NCBI RefSeq assembly: GCF_004010195.1
Contig: NC_057752.1
Coordinates: forward strand, 8,687,616-8,751,615
DNA from: Chiloscyllium plagiosum
Lineage: Eukaryota
Direction: 5' to 3'
Length of the DNA: 64,000 nt
Part shown: piece after piece, positions 52,456 to 63,628 of the stretch
Position numbering within the stretch: the first letter of the stretch is position 1
Layout: the number at the start of each line of letters is the position of its first letter
Made by a program: the position numbers and the translations under genes
Notes under the pieces: model-generated
Seen by the model: only the letters and a program-made list of their open reading frames with translations
Databases searched by the model: none
What the model was told of the DNA's origin: nothing

Positions 52456-53416
52456 GTAACTTCAGTATTACCAACTTAATTGAGTTCTTTGGAGGAAGTG
52501 ACCAAATTGATAGATTAAAGAAGGGCTGTTATATACATGGTCTTTAGTAAGGCGTTTGATAAGGTTCCCCATGGTAAATAGAGAAAGTGAAGTCACATGG
52601 TGTGCAGGGTGTTCTAGCTAGTTGGATAAAGAACTAGTTGAGCACTAGGAGACAGTTGTAGTTGAAGGGAGTTTCACAAAATGGAGAAAGGTGACCAGTG
52701 GTGTTCCACAAGGATCAGTGCTGGGGCCACTTTGTGATATACATAAATGATCTGGAAGAGGGCACAGTTGGTATGATCAGCAAGTTTGCAGATGACAAAG
52801 AAGATTGGTGGAGTAGCAGAAAGCATAAAAGACTGTCAAAGATTACAGGAGAATATAGATAGACTGGAGAGTTGGGCAGAAAAGTGGCAGATGGAGTTCA
52901 ATCCAGACCAAATGTGAGGTGATGCATTTAGGCAAGTCTAATTCTAGAGCAAATTATACAGTGAACAGAAGAGCCTTGGGAAAAGTTGATGGGCAGAGAG
53001 ATCTGAGAGTGCAGGTCCATTGTACCCTGAAGGTTGCTGCACAGGTGGATAGAGTGGTCAAGAAAGCATATGGTATGCTTGCCTTCCATTGGACAGGGTA
53101 TTGAGTATAAGAGCTGGCAGGTCATGTTAAAATTGTACAAGATATTGGTTCGGCTGCATTTACAGTGTACAGTTCTGGTCACCACATTACCAAGAGGACG
53201 TGGACGCTTTGGAGTGGGTGCAGAGAAGGTTTATGAGGTTGCCTGGTATGGAAGGTGCTAGCTATGAAGAGAGGTTGAGTAGGTTAGGTTTGTTTTCGTT
53301 AGAAAAAAAAAGTGATTGAGGGGGAATCTAATTGAGGTTTACAAAATCATGAAGGCTTTACAAAGTTAAAAATCACACAACATCAGGTTATAGTCCAACA
53401 GGTTTAAGTGGAAGCA

Positions 53417-53451
53417 CACTAGCTTTCGGAGCGACGCTCCTTCATCAGGTG
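53417..53451 (-). ncRNA. Minimal hammerhead ribozyme motif (family A), intact core
   Basis: Minus: cac-CTGATGA-a-ggagc-gtc-gctcc-GAA-AGCT-A-gtg. Confidence 0.82.
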
Positions 53452-54877
53452 ATTGTGGAGGGCTCGATCGTAACACAGAATTTATAGCAAAAATCTGCAG
53501 TGTGATGTAACTGAAATTATACATTGAAGAATTGATTGTCTGTTAAGCCTTTCATCTGTTAGAATACAGTGATAGTTTCACTTCTTTCACGTGTAAATCA
53601 CAAAACCCTTTTTTTTTAAAGTTGCATTCTCGGGTTAGCGGTTAACAATGGTGACAATATGTTGAAGGTGTTAGCCCCCTGTGTTCTGTCTATGGCCTGA
53701 TGTTTAGATTGATTCCAATCTAAAAAGTGAAATAACAGAGTTTTACATAAATTCATGCAGTTTTTGAGTTCAGAGTGTGACATGAATCTATGTGGTTTTT
53801 GAGCAAAGTGCAATGTACCTCTGAAAGTACCAAAAAAAATTCACCACACACAATATATGTGTACTTCCCAGGGGCTGAAAAATTGCACCATGTTCTTCGT
53901 GACCTGCAACACATTATCAATGAATTTGAGCACCTCACCAAGACCTTCCCCACACCTCCACTACTTGCCTTTAAACAACCGCGCAAAGTGCAATGTACCT
54001 CTGAAAGTACCAAAAGAAATTCACCACACAATATATATGTGTACTTCCCAGGGGCTGAAAAATTACGCCATGTTCTTCGTGACCTGCAACACATTATCAA
54101 TGAATTTGAGCACCTCACCAAGACCTTCCCCACACCTCCACTACTTGCCTTTAAACAACCGCCAAACCTCAAACATTGTTCGTAGCAAACTGCCCAGCTC
54201 TCAGGACAACTCCATACAACCCTGTCACGGTGGACGCTGCAAAACGTGTCAGATTGTGGACATAGATACCACTATTACGTGTGGGAACACCTCCCACCAT
54301 GTACATGGCAGGTACTCATGTGACTCAGCCAACATTGTTTATCGTATACGTTGCAGGCAGGGATGCACAGAGGCATGGTACATTGGGGAAACTGAGCAAC
54401 GGCTATGACAACGGATGAATGGGCACCGCACAACAACCAACAAACAGGGGGGTTCCCTCCCAGTTGGGGGACACACGCGCACACGCACACACTTCTTTTG
54501 GTACTTTCAGAGGTACATTGCACTTTGCTCAAAAACCACATAGATTCATGTCACACTCTGAACTCAAAAACTGCATGAATTTATGTAAAACACCGTTATC
54601 TCACTTTTTAGATTGGAATCAATCTAAACATCAGGCCATAGACAGAACACAGGGGGCTAACACCTTCAACATATTGTCACCATTGTTAACAGCTAACCCG
54701 AGAATGCAACTTTTTAAAAAAAAGGGTTTTGTGATTTACACGTGAAAGAAGTGAAACTATCACTGTATTCTAACAGATGAAAGGCTTAACAGACAATCAA
54801 TTCTTCAATGTATAATTTCAGTTACATCACACTGCAGATTTTTGCTATAAATTCCATGTTACGATCACCTCCACTAT

Positions 54878-54912
54878 CACCTGATGAAGGAGTGTCGCTC
54901 CGAAAGCTAGTG
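54878..54912 (+). ncRNA. Minimal hammerhead ribozyme motif (family A), intact core
   Basis: cac-CTGATGA-a-ggagt-gtc-gctcc-GAA-AGCT-A-gtg (G-U wobble in stem II). Confidence 0.8.
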
Positions 54913-56874
54913 TGCTTCCACTTAAACCTGTTGGACTATAACCTGGTGTTGTGTGATTTTTAAACTTTGTACACCCCAGTCCAACACCGGCAACTCCGAA
55001 TCATGAAAGCTTTAGACAGGGTAGATAGAGATAAGCTTTTTCCCCCAGGGTGAGGGGCTCAATAATGAGAGGTCACACTTTCAAGGTGAGAAGTGAAAAG
55101 TTTAAGGGGGATACACACGGCAAGTACTTTACAGAGGGTGGTGGGTGTTTGGAACACGTTGCTAGCAGAGGTGGTAGAGGCAAGCACGGTAGATTCATTT
55201 AAGATGCATCTGGACAAATGCATGAGTAGCATGAGTAGGTGGGGAGCAGAGGGATACAAATACTTAGGAATTGGGTGACAGGTTTAGACAGTAGATTTGA
55301 ATCAGCTCAGGCTTGGAGGGCAGAAGGGCCTGTTCCTGGGCTGTAAATTTTCTTTGTTCTTCATTCTTTATTCTAGGTGGAGGGCATGGTTGGTGTTGCG
55401 GATGTGGGTGGGATGTGCCTGAACCAAGGGGGAGAGGATGGAGTTGAGGTAGGACATGATGAGTTCAGAATAACTCTAGGCTGGTATCCTGTATCCAAGT
55501 CACCCTTTGTTTACATGTGCATAGTGGTTGACACTAGTCTAGCTACAAAGCCACCATTCAATGAGCAGAACCTATGATACTCCTGTTTCTGTCAGCCAGG
55601 GCTCCCTAATTTGGGGCTGTTTAAATCTGGTCCAATCAGGGAACTCCTATTCTAAGAGGCCCACCTGGCTGACCTTTTTACAAATACTTACATCCCTCCC
55701 ACTAAGTCCAGGAATGTAGGCCTATTCTTTTTCTTGTAGTCTCTCCTTCAGAGTTTATGCACCAGCTCTGGTTCCTCGAACTGTCCCGATACGGACAGCA
55801 TGTACTGGACCATAGCCCGCCTCTTGCTCCCAGTGTCTTAAAAGAAATTCATCCACTTCTTCAGGTAGTAAAGGTGTTGAGGCTGTGACATTTGTCATGT
55901 CCATTAGACTCAGGTTTCTTCATGCTAGATGGATGGGGAGAACCCATGGGTTCAGACAGCCTTTCCAGCTGTTCTGAGAAGCCTGGATATGTTTTATTCC
56001 AGCCCCATTTGCGAATTTGCAGCTTTCATATGGTCCACATGTTTGTCCAAGTCTTCTCCATTAGCAACTCTGCTGGAGCCATCCTCATAATTGCATAAAG
56101 GGTGGACCTATAATCAAATTGAAAGTGGGACAGTTTGGTATTGAGTAAGCTGTAGGTCATTTCTATAAGCCAGCCTTCAAAGTTTGAACTGCTCTTTCAA
56201 CAAGACCATTGGATGGATGGATGGTATGGACTTGTCCTTATTAGGACAAATGCCATTCGACTTCAGGAAATACTAAAATATGCTGCTGGTAAATGGCCCA
56301 TTGTCTGTGACCACCATTTCCAGGAGTCTGTGTATTGCAAAAGACAGTTTTTCTATCATCCCAGTATTTGATTAATGAACTTGATGCACATTCAGCCACA
56401 GAGTGGGTGTTCACAATGACCAAGAATTTTGAGCCCATGAAAAGGACCTGCATAGTCCACGTGTAACTGAATCCAGGGTTTAACTGGCCATTCTCACAAA
56501 AGGGGGCAGAGAGCTGCTGGTGGGAACTTTTGTCCTTGTTGGCACTCTAGGCACTGCTCCACCAATTCGGCTATGCCTGCATCCAATCCTGGCCATCAGA
56601 CGTAACTTCTTGTCAACATCTTCATTTTGGACACCCCTGGATGACCCTGATAGGGTTTGACCAGTATCTTTGCTCAACACAATCACCCTCGCTCTCCATA
56701 CTAAAATGCTGCCCTCCACAGTAATCTGGTCTCATTAGATCCAGAAAGATTTCCATTCTGGTTGTGATGACCTTTTGTTTCCTGATTACCACCAGTTGTT
56801 TTACCAGGACCAGGTCTGTGCGTCCACAGTCAGTTATTGCTGTGGTTCTGTTCGCCGAGCTGGAAGTTTTTGTT

Positions 56875-56914
56875 GCAAACGTTTCGTCCCCTGTCTAGGT
56901 GACATCCTCAGTGC
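56875..56914 (-). ncRNA. Minimal hammerhead ribozyme motif (family B)
   Basis: Minus: gca-CTGAGGA-t-gtcacct-agac-aggggac-GAA-ACGT-T-tgc. Confidence 0.8.
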
Positions 56915-57613
56915 TTGGGAGCCTCCTGTGAAGCGCTTCTGTGGTGTTTCCTCTGGCATTTATAGTGGCCTGTCCCTGCCGCTTCCGGTTGTCAGTTTCA
57001 GCTGTCCGCTGTAGTGGCCGGTATATTTGGTCCAGGTCGATGTGTTTGTTGATGGAGTTTGTGGATGAGTGCCATGCTTCTAGGAATTCCCTGGCTGTTC
57101 TTTGTTTGGCTTGAGACACAACAAACAGTGAGACAAAGTATCGTACCCCTGATAACAAGGAAAAGACAAACACATAACCTCAACACCAAGGAGAGGGAAG
57201 CACTAAAATCACTAAGAAACGATAAGAACATAATCATACTACCAGCAGACAAAGGCAGAATGACGGTCATTCTGGACAGAGCAGAATACACCCAAAAAGC
57301 ACAACTACTTGCAGATACCAACACCTACCAAAAGTCGAATTCACGTTGCTTGTCGTCTAAGTCTGCGCAGACGACAAGCAACATGAATTCGACTGGGACA
57401 ACACTACCATTATAGGGCAAGCCAAATAAAGAACAGCCAGGGAATTCCTAGAAACATGGCACTCATCCACAAACTCCATCAACAAACATCAACCTGGACC
57501 CAATATACCAGCCACTACAGCGGACAGCTGAAACTGACAACCGGAAGCGGCAGGGACAGGCCACTATAAATGCCGGAGGAAACACCACAGAAGCACTTCA
57601 CAGAGGCTCCCAA

Positions 57614-57653
57614 GCACTGAGGATGTCACCTCGACAGGGGACGAAACGTTTGC
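57614..57653 (+). ncRNA. Minimal hammerhead ribozyme motif (family B)
   Basis: gca-CTGAGGA-t-gtcacct-cgac-aggggac-GAA-ACGT-T-tgc. Confidence 0.8.
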
Positions 57654-58254
57654 AACAAAAACTTCCAGCTCGGCGAACAGAACCACAGCAACGAGCACCC
57701 GAGCTACAAATCTTCTCACAAACTTTGAAGTCAGTTATTGTCAGCAGTGACCGGAAGGGTATCCAGGGAGTTTAAAACCACAACAGTTTACCAGGGGAGG
57801 CACCACTGGTGGTGTATCTACCAGTAGCAGGCAGCTCAAGGCATCTGCATTGGCTACTTGGCCTCCCAGGCCAAGTATTCCAACTTGTAATTGTACAGGC
57901 AGAATGACAGCCCAATGCTGAATCTGACCTGAAGCTATGGGTAGTACAGCCTTGTCCAGAGTAAGCCGAGCAGGGATTTATGGTCGGTTACTATTACAAA
58001 TTGACGTCTATAAAGGTATTGGTGGAACTTTCTCACACCAAAGATGACTGCCAAACCTTCCTTTTCAATCTGGGCATATTTGCACTCTGAACCAACCAAA
58101 GTCCAGGAGGTACACTCTATCAGGCATTCCTCTCCATTTGGCCATCTGAGAGTCAACACTACCCTGATAACATACAGGGAGGCATCACATGTCAGCACCA
58201 TCTCTCACTTGGGATCGTAGTGGGCCTTACATGATAACTACTTGTTCACTTCCA

Positions 58255-58402
58255 TATTCAAGAAGCATTTGGACGAATGCATGAATAGGAAAGGAATAGA
58301 GGGATATGGATCCTGTAGGTGAAGGCAGTTTTAGCATGGAAGGGCAAAACATGGCACAAGCTTGGAGGACCCAAGGATCTGTTCCTGTGCTGTATTGTTC
58401 TG
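58255..58402 (+). mobile_element. CR1 3' UTR fragment inside Gypsy
   Basis: ttcaagaagcatttggacgaatgcatgaatagg...ctgttcctgtgctgtattgttct. Confidence 0.8.
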
Positions 58403-59585
58403 TCTTGGCTACAAGACCATTTCCAAGGCTGACCCTTTTTCAATAGCAGATGTAAGGGTAGAAACCAGGTTACAAATGAACTTTCCATAATTATTCACCA
58501 ATCCAAGGAAACACCGAAGATCTGGTCCAGACAAAAATCTTTGATCACCCTCACTTTCTTCCAATGGATGTAACCAGGATTTGTCAACTCTGTAGCCTAT
58601 GTAGGTCACTTGGGATGCCTGAAACACACATTTTTCCCTTTAAAGTATACACCCGCCTGGGGGAAGTGTCTAAGGACGATTTCCAGGTTTCCCCATGTAC
58701 TCTTTATTGGTCCTCCCTGTTATTAGCAGATCATCCAGCTAAGTAACAAACTGCGGGAGACCTTATAAAACGTTCTCCATCTGATGAAAAATTGCACAGG
58801 CTGGCCATACCCCAAACGGCAGTCTCTTATTGGTATAAACACTTATGGACATTAATTGTAGCATACTTCTAGGAATCCTCATCTATCCACAATCATAGAT
58901 ATACATGGTTTGCGTCCAGCTTTGTAAAGACACCCCCCTCTCCAGTTTTGCACACAAGTCCTCTATGCGAGGCAGTGAATATTTATCCAGCTGCAAAAAG
59001 CAGTTTACCATTTGTTTAAAATCCCCACAAAGGTAAACCAACCAGTCAGGCTTCACAATCAGTCCAATCAATGCTGTACATCATTCAAACTGGCCTAGTT
59101 TGATGATTCCTTCACTTTCCAGTCTCCTGATGTCTGCCTCTACTTTTGCCCAGAAGGCAAATTGCACTCAGTAGGTCTTGCAGAATTGGGGAATTGTTTC
59201 CTGGTCAACATGTAAGGTAGCCTTGACTCCTTAGTCCCTAGACCTTCCTGAAAAAACCTCTGGGTATTTAATTTGCAGCCATTTTCTAATCAAAAAATGT
59301 TTGGTGAATCAAGGTGAATGTTTCTCAGCCAATTTCACCCCATCAAGCTTGGACCAAAGCCTTTTACCATAAATCAGTGTGAACTGAACTAGTTGCTTCT
59401 CAAGAGACCAGAACTGAAGTTGTACCCTTACTCTGCAAAAGGTTCTCCAGTATATGTTCTTAGAATAGCCGACGTCTTATACAAACACAAGGGTTGGAGC
59501 CCAGAGTAAATTTTGTTAAAAACTGGTTCTGCAATCACTGAATCAGCTTCTCCATTATCAACCTCCATTAGAACCGCAGATATCC

Positions 59586-59836
59586 ATAGATACCCTACAA
59601 TGTGGAAGCTGGTCATTCGGCCCATTGAGTCCACATCAACCCTCTGAAGAGCCATCCTGCCCAGACCCCACCCTATCCCTAAAGCCCTGCATTTCCCATG
59701 GCTAATCTACTGCCTGCACATCCCTGGATATGAGCAATTTAGCATGGCCAATCCAACAAACCTGCACATCTTTGGCATATGGGAAGAAAACAGAGCACAC
59801 TGAGGAAACCCACATAAGACACCGGGAGAATGTGCA
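59586..59836 (-). mobile_element. HE1-like V-SINE, head missing
   Basis: Minus: cacattctcccggtgtcttatgtgggtttcctc...aaagatgtgcaggtttgttggattggccatgctaaattg; homologous to 12800-12985. Confidence 0.8.
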
Positions 59837-60993
59837 GTGGTTGTGATGTATATGCATTTTAGCAAGGTGTTTGACAAGGTTCCCCATGGTAGGCTCATTC
59901 AGAAAGTAAGGAGGCCTGGGATACAGGGAAATTTGTCTGGATACAGAATTGGCTAGCCCATAGAAGACAGAGGGTGGTAGTAGATGGAAAGTATTCAGTC
60001 TGAAGCTCAGTGACCAGTGGCGTTCCGCAGGGATCTGTTCTGGGACCTCTGCTCTTCGTGATTTTTGTGAATGACTTGGATGAGAAATTGGAAGGGTGGG
60101 TTAGTAAGTTTGCCGATGACACGAAGGTTGGTGGAGTTGTGGATAGTGTGGAGGGCTGTTGTAGGTTGGAATGGGACATTGACAGGATGCAGAGATGGGC
60201 TGAGAAGTGGCAGATGGAGTTCGACCTGGAAAAGTGTGAAGTCATTCATTTGGGAAGGTCAAATTTGAATGCAGAATACAGGATTAAAGGCAGGATTCTT
60301 GGCAGTGTGGAGGAACAGAGGGGTCCATGTCCATTGATCTCTCAAAGTTGCCACCCAAGTTGATACGGTTGTTAAGGCATATGGTGTGTTAGCCTTCATT
60401 AGCAGGGGGACAGGGGGAGTTTAAAAGCCAAGGAGGTTATGCTCCAGCTCTATAGAGCCCTGGTCAGACTACACATGGAATAGTGTGTTCAGTTCTGGTC
60501 ACCTCAGGTAGGATATGGGTAGGATGTGGAGGCTTTAGAGAGGGTGCACAGGAGATTTACCAGGATACTGCCTGGACTGGAGGGCATGTCTTAAGAAATG
60601 TTGAGAGATAGGGCTTTGCTCATTTGGAGCAAAGGAGGATGACAGGTGACTTGATAGAGGTATACAAGATGACGAGAGGCATAGATAGAGTGGATAGCCA
60701 GAGACTTTTTCCCCAGGGCAGAAATGACGATCATGAGGGGGCACAATATTAAAAGGTGATTGGAAGAAGGTTTAGGGGAGATGTCAGAGGTAAATTATTT
60801 ACAGAGTGGTGGGTGTGTGAAATGCACTGCCAGCAGTGGTAGTCCAGTCAGATACTTTAGGGACGTTTAAATGACTCTTGGGTAGGCATCTGGAAGTTAG
60901 TACAATGAAGGGTATGTGGGTTAGTTTGATCTTAGGCACAGGATAAAAGGCACAACACTGAGGGCCAAAGGGCCTGTACTGATTCTGTTCTAC
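59837..60993 (+). mobile_element. CR1 LINE (RT to 3' end) inside Gypsy
   Basis: SGVPQGSVLGPLLFVIFVNDL, SKFADDTK; close to the copy at 29030. Confidence 0.95.
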
Positions 60994-62129
60994 ACTAGCA
61001 GCAACTACAATGGATTGCCAGACCTGCTGCACTTTTCTAGCAATTTGTTTTTCTTTGATTTTTATGTCTGCCCAGACCCTGAAGAAAATGTTAACTGTTT
61101 GGCCGAGGCTTGGCTTTGTTCTGGGGTTTTGCTTTGGGCTGACCGAGAGTCCCTCTGTTCAGGCTATGTTCCTGAATGAGGCTGTGCAATTGCCTTCACT
61201 CAAGTGGTGTTCCCCAAGGTCAGTGTGACAAGGGTGTTCACTGCCATCAGTATACCCTGTAACTGATATGCTCCACTTGCCTTATTCTCCAGTGATAAAG
61301 CCAGTTGAAGTGCCTGTTTGAAGTCCGGTTGGGCTTCAGCCATTAGGTGCTTTTTGCATAATAACATCGTTAATCCCATAGATCAAATGGGCTCTCAGCA
61401 TCTCATTAAGGGTTAAACAAAGTCACATGCCCCTGCCAGTTATCTTGCTTCAAAAATCCCAATATGGATTCTCCTAGTTCTTGAAGTGCCAAGTCAAACA
61501 GGTAGTGTCTCAGAATTATGTGAGGCTTGGGGTCATAATATTCCTTAACTAAATCGGTCAACTCTTAGTGTCTGGCGCCTCAGGAAAAAAGTTAGGCTCC
61601 CTAATAACCGATAAAAGCTGTGGGTCCACAGGCCATGAGGAGAATTACTCAATTTTTTCATCTGCACTATGTCACTTGTCCAGAAAACAAACAACACATT
61701 CTTTTCACATACTGGGCCCAAATAACAGCATGATGCCAGAAATGCTTACCCTAACTCAAAGATGATAGTTGAGTAAATTTCTTCACATGTGTGTTTGCCT
61801 TGTCACCATCGGAAAAACCTCCAAAGGCTGGTATTCGGTCACTGAGTCACCCTTCATTTACACTTCGAGTCTTTGACATTGAGCTAGCTCTCAGTGAGCA
61901 GAATCTCTAACATTCCTGTTTATATCTGTCAGCCAAGGCTCCCTGATTGGCACTATTAATTTGGTCCAATCAGGGTACTCATTCTGTGAGGTCTACCTGG
62001 CTGACCTTGTTACAATCACTACACAAGTGTTGCATTAGTATTTCTCATATGTAATAAATACTCTCAATTTGGTTCCTTTCAAAACACAACCATGTGGTCT
62101 GGGAGAAAGGCATCCTTTTTAAATTAATT

Positions 62130-62870
62130 AACCTTATTGCCACCAACTGAGGGACGAGGTAAATGAAGGAGAATCAGTTCCCTCTTCACCCAGGAGGGTA
62201 ACAGCTTAGGGTAGTAGCAATGAGTGGAATAATCGAGTGTCTGGAAAGCAGAGGAAACAGACTGGATAAGGAAGAAATCTACAGGCCTAGATGAAAATAT
62301 ATCCCAAGCTGGGTTGAGTGTGGCAGAGGAGAAGGTATCAACAGCCTTTGCAGTCATTTCCAAATCCTCTCTGGTCACTGAAATGCAGTGTCAGAGGAGT
62401 GAAGATTGTCAGAATTAAAAAGGGAATGAGTAGACCAGGAAGTGACAGGCCAGTCTAATTTTAATGGTGGGAGGTTATTGGAAAAAAATTCTGATAGACT
62501 ATATCTGCAAAGACATTAATTAATTTGGGATAGTCAGTATGAATTTGTTGGTGGAAGGTAGAGTGGATGGGAAGGCACTTTTTCCATTAGAAGATGAAGT
62601 CAATAGCCAGCGGCCCTGGATTTAAGGTAACAGGTGGAAGGTCAGGAGGAGCATTGAAAAATTTTCTTCACTGAAGGTTGGGGAAGTTTGGAAGCATCAG
62701 AAACTCTTCAAACATTTTAGTAGCATTAGATAGTAGCTTGCATTGCCATAACTTCCAGGGCTATAGAGCAAGAGTTAGTAATAGGGTAAGTGCAGTCACA
62801 TCTTTGTTGACTAGCATGAGCATAATGAGCTGAAAGGCCCCCATTCTGTACATTAAATATCTAGGAGTCT
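62130..62870 (+). mobile_element. Highly decayed CR1 with internal deletion
   Basis: ctacaggcctagatgaaaatatatccc (PGPD-like), gacaggccagtc (RPVS), 3' UTR gagctgaaaggcccccattctgtac. Confidence 0.65.
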
Positions 62871-63049
62871 ACACAAGGCCACATTTAATGTGCACCATAT
62901 GTCAAAGAATATTTACACTATTTCAGCATGTTTCTTCAAAAGATTGTATTCTCTTGTCTACCATTACATTTATTGCAGCAGTGACATCCACAACTCAGGC
63001 AGAGGTAGTCTGCTGACTATTCTGGCCTTTTGATGGATGGCTTTGTCAA

Positions 63050-63628
63050 ATGATTTAAAAGTCTCAAGAGCTAGTGAGTCCCAACAAACCAAGGGTCTCC
63101 TGCAGAGGTGGACCCCTACTTTGATCTGCTGAAAGTGATGGGGTTACTGGCAGAAGGAAGGTTGAATGAGACCATGACTGAAAGAGTGCTGAGCAGGGGC
63201 CTAGTCTCCAGCAGTCCTCAACTACTGCTTCCTCCATCTGCTGTGCATCATGCAGTTATGTGCTCACCAGATTGTGACCCTGAGCCTGTTCTAGAAGGTG
63301 CTCCACCAATACAAATGTCTGCACTGGTGGAAGGTACAATGAACTCCAAGCCAGCACATCCTCCGAATATAGAGACATCATCCTCGGATGGTGGAACTGG
63401 AGTTAGAAGAGTGAGGCTGGGGAAGGCAGCAGACTCCTCTTTCCTACTATCCACTAGTACCTGGAGCAGAGTGGAGAAGATGAATATTTCTAGCAATGAA
63501 CACTCCCTTAACTAAATGATTTTCAAAGCTGCAGTGGACAACAGCAGACTGGAGACTTCCAGAGAGTCCCCTTGCTCCCCATCTGCACATGCATCATGGT
63601 CCTCCCCTGCCAGTTCTGCAGCCACCTC
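63050..63628 (-). pseudogene. Possible Harbinger Myb/SANT-ORF C-terminal remnant with in-frame stops
   Basis: After a strong acceptor (ttttttttccag): VAAELAGEDHDACADGEQG..*..PSTSADICIGGAPSRTGSGSQSGEHITA*; resembles shark Harbinger-derived proteins from memory; not verified. Confidence 0.35.

Larger units (their letters stand above)
53361..54998. mobile_element. Young inverted PLE family A insertion
   Basis: 53361-53832 is a near-perfect reverse complement of ~54498-54969; GIY-YIG NIVYRIRCRQGCTEAWYIGETEQRL; 16-bp TSD aatcatgaa(g/a)gcttta at 53345-53360 and 54999-55014. Confidence 0.95.
52460..55360 (+). mobile_element. CR1 LINE (RT to 3' end) interrupted by a PLE
   Basis: SGVPQGSVLGP, SKFADDK, VVKKAYGMLAF; EVYKIMK.LDRVD rejoins across the insertion. 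Confidence 0.93.
56840..57728. mobile_element. Young inverted PLE family B insertion within Gypsy pol
   Basis: Inverted arms; central IILPADKGRMTVILD (PLE DKG motif); perfect 12-bp TSD agtcagttattg at 56828-56839 and 57729-57740. Confidence 0.95.
55457..62023 (-). mobile_element. Ty3/Gypsy LTR retrotransposon, decayed, both LTRs present
   Basis: LTRs ~55457-55692 and ~61810-62023 align; PBS-like tggtgacaagg at ~61798-61808; PPT gtgggaggga at 55693-55702; order gag, PR (MEVDNG), RT (LCGDFKQ, LDDLLITG), RNase H (LTCDAS, YAQIEKEGLAVIFGV), IN (GHPGVSKMK, LHVDYAGPF). Confidence 0.92.

Noticed and set aside
53803..54162. CRISPR-like or satellite array
   Set aside because: Only two copies, no spacers, eukaryotic PLE sequence
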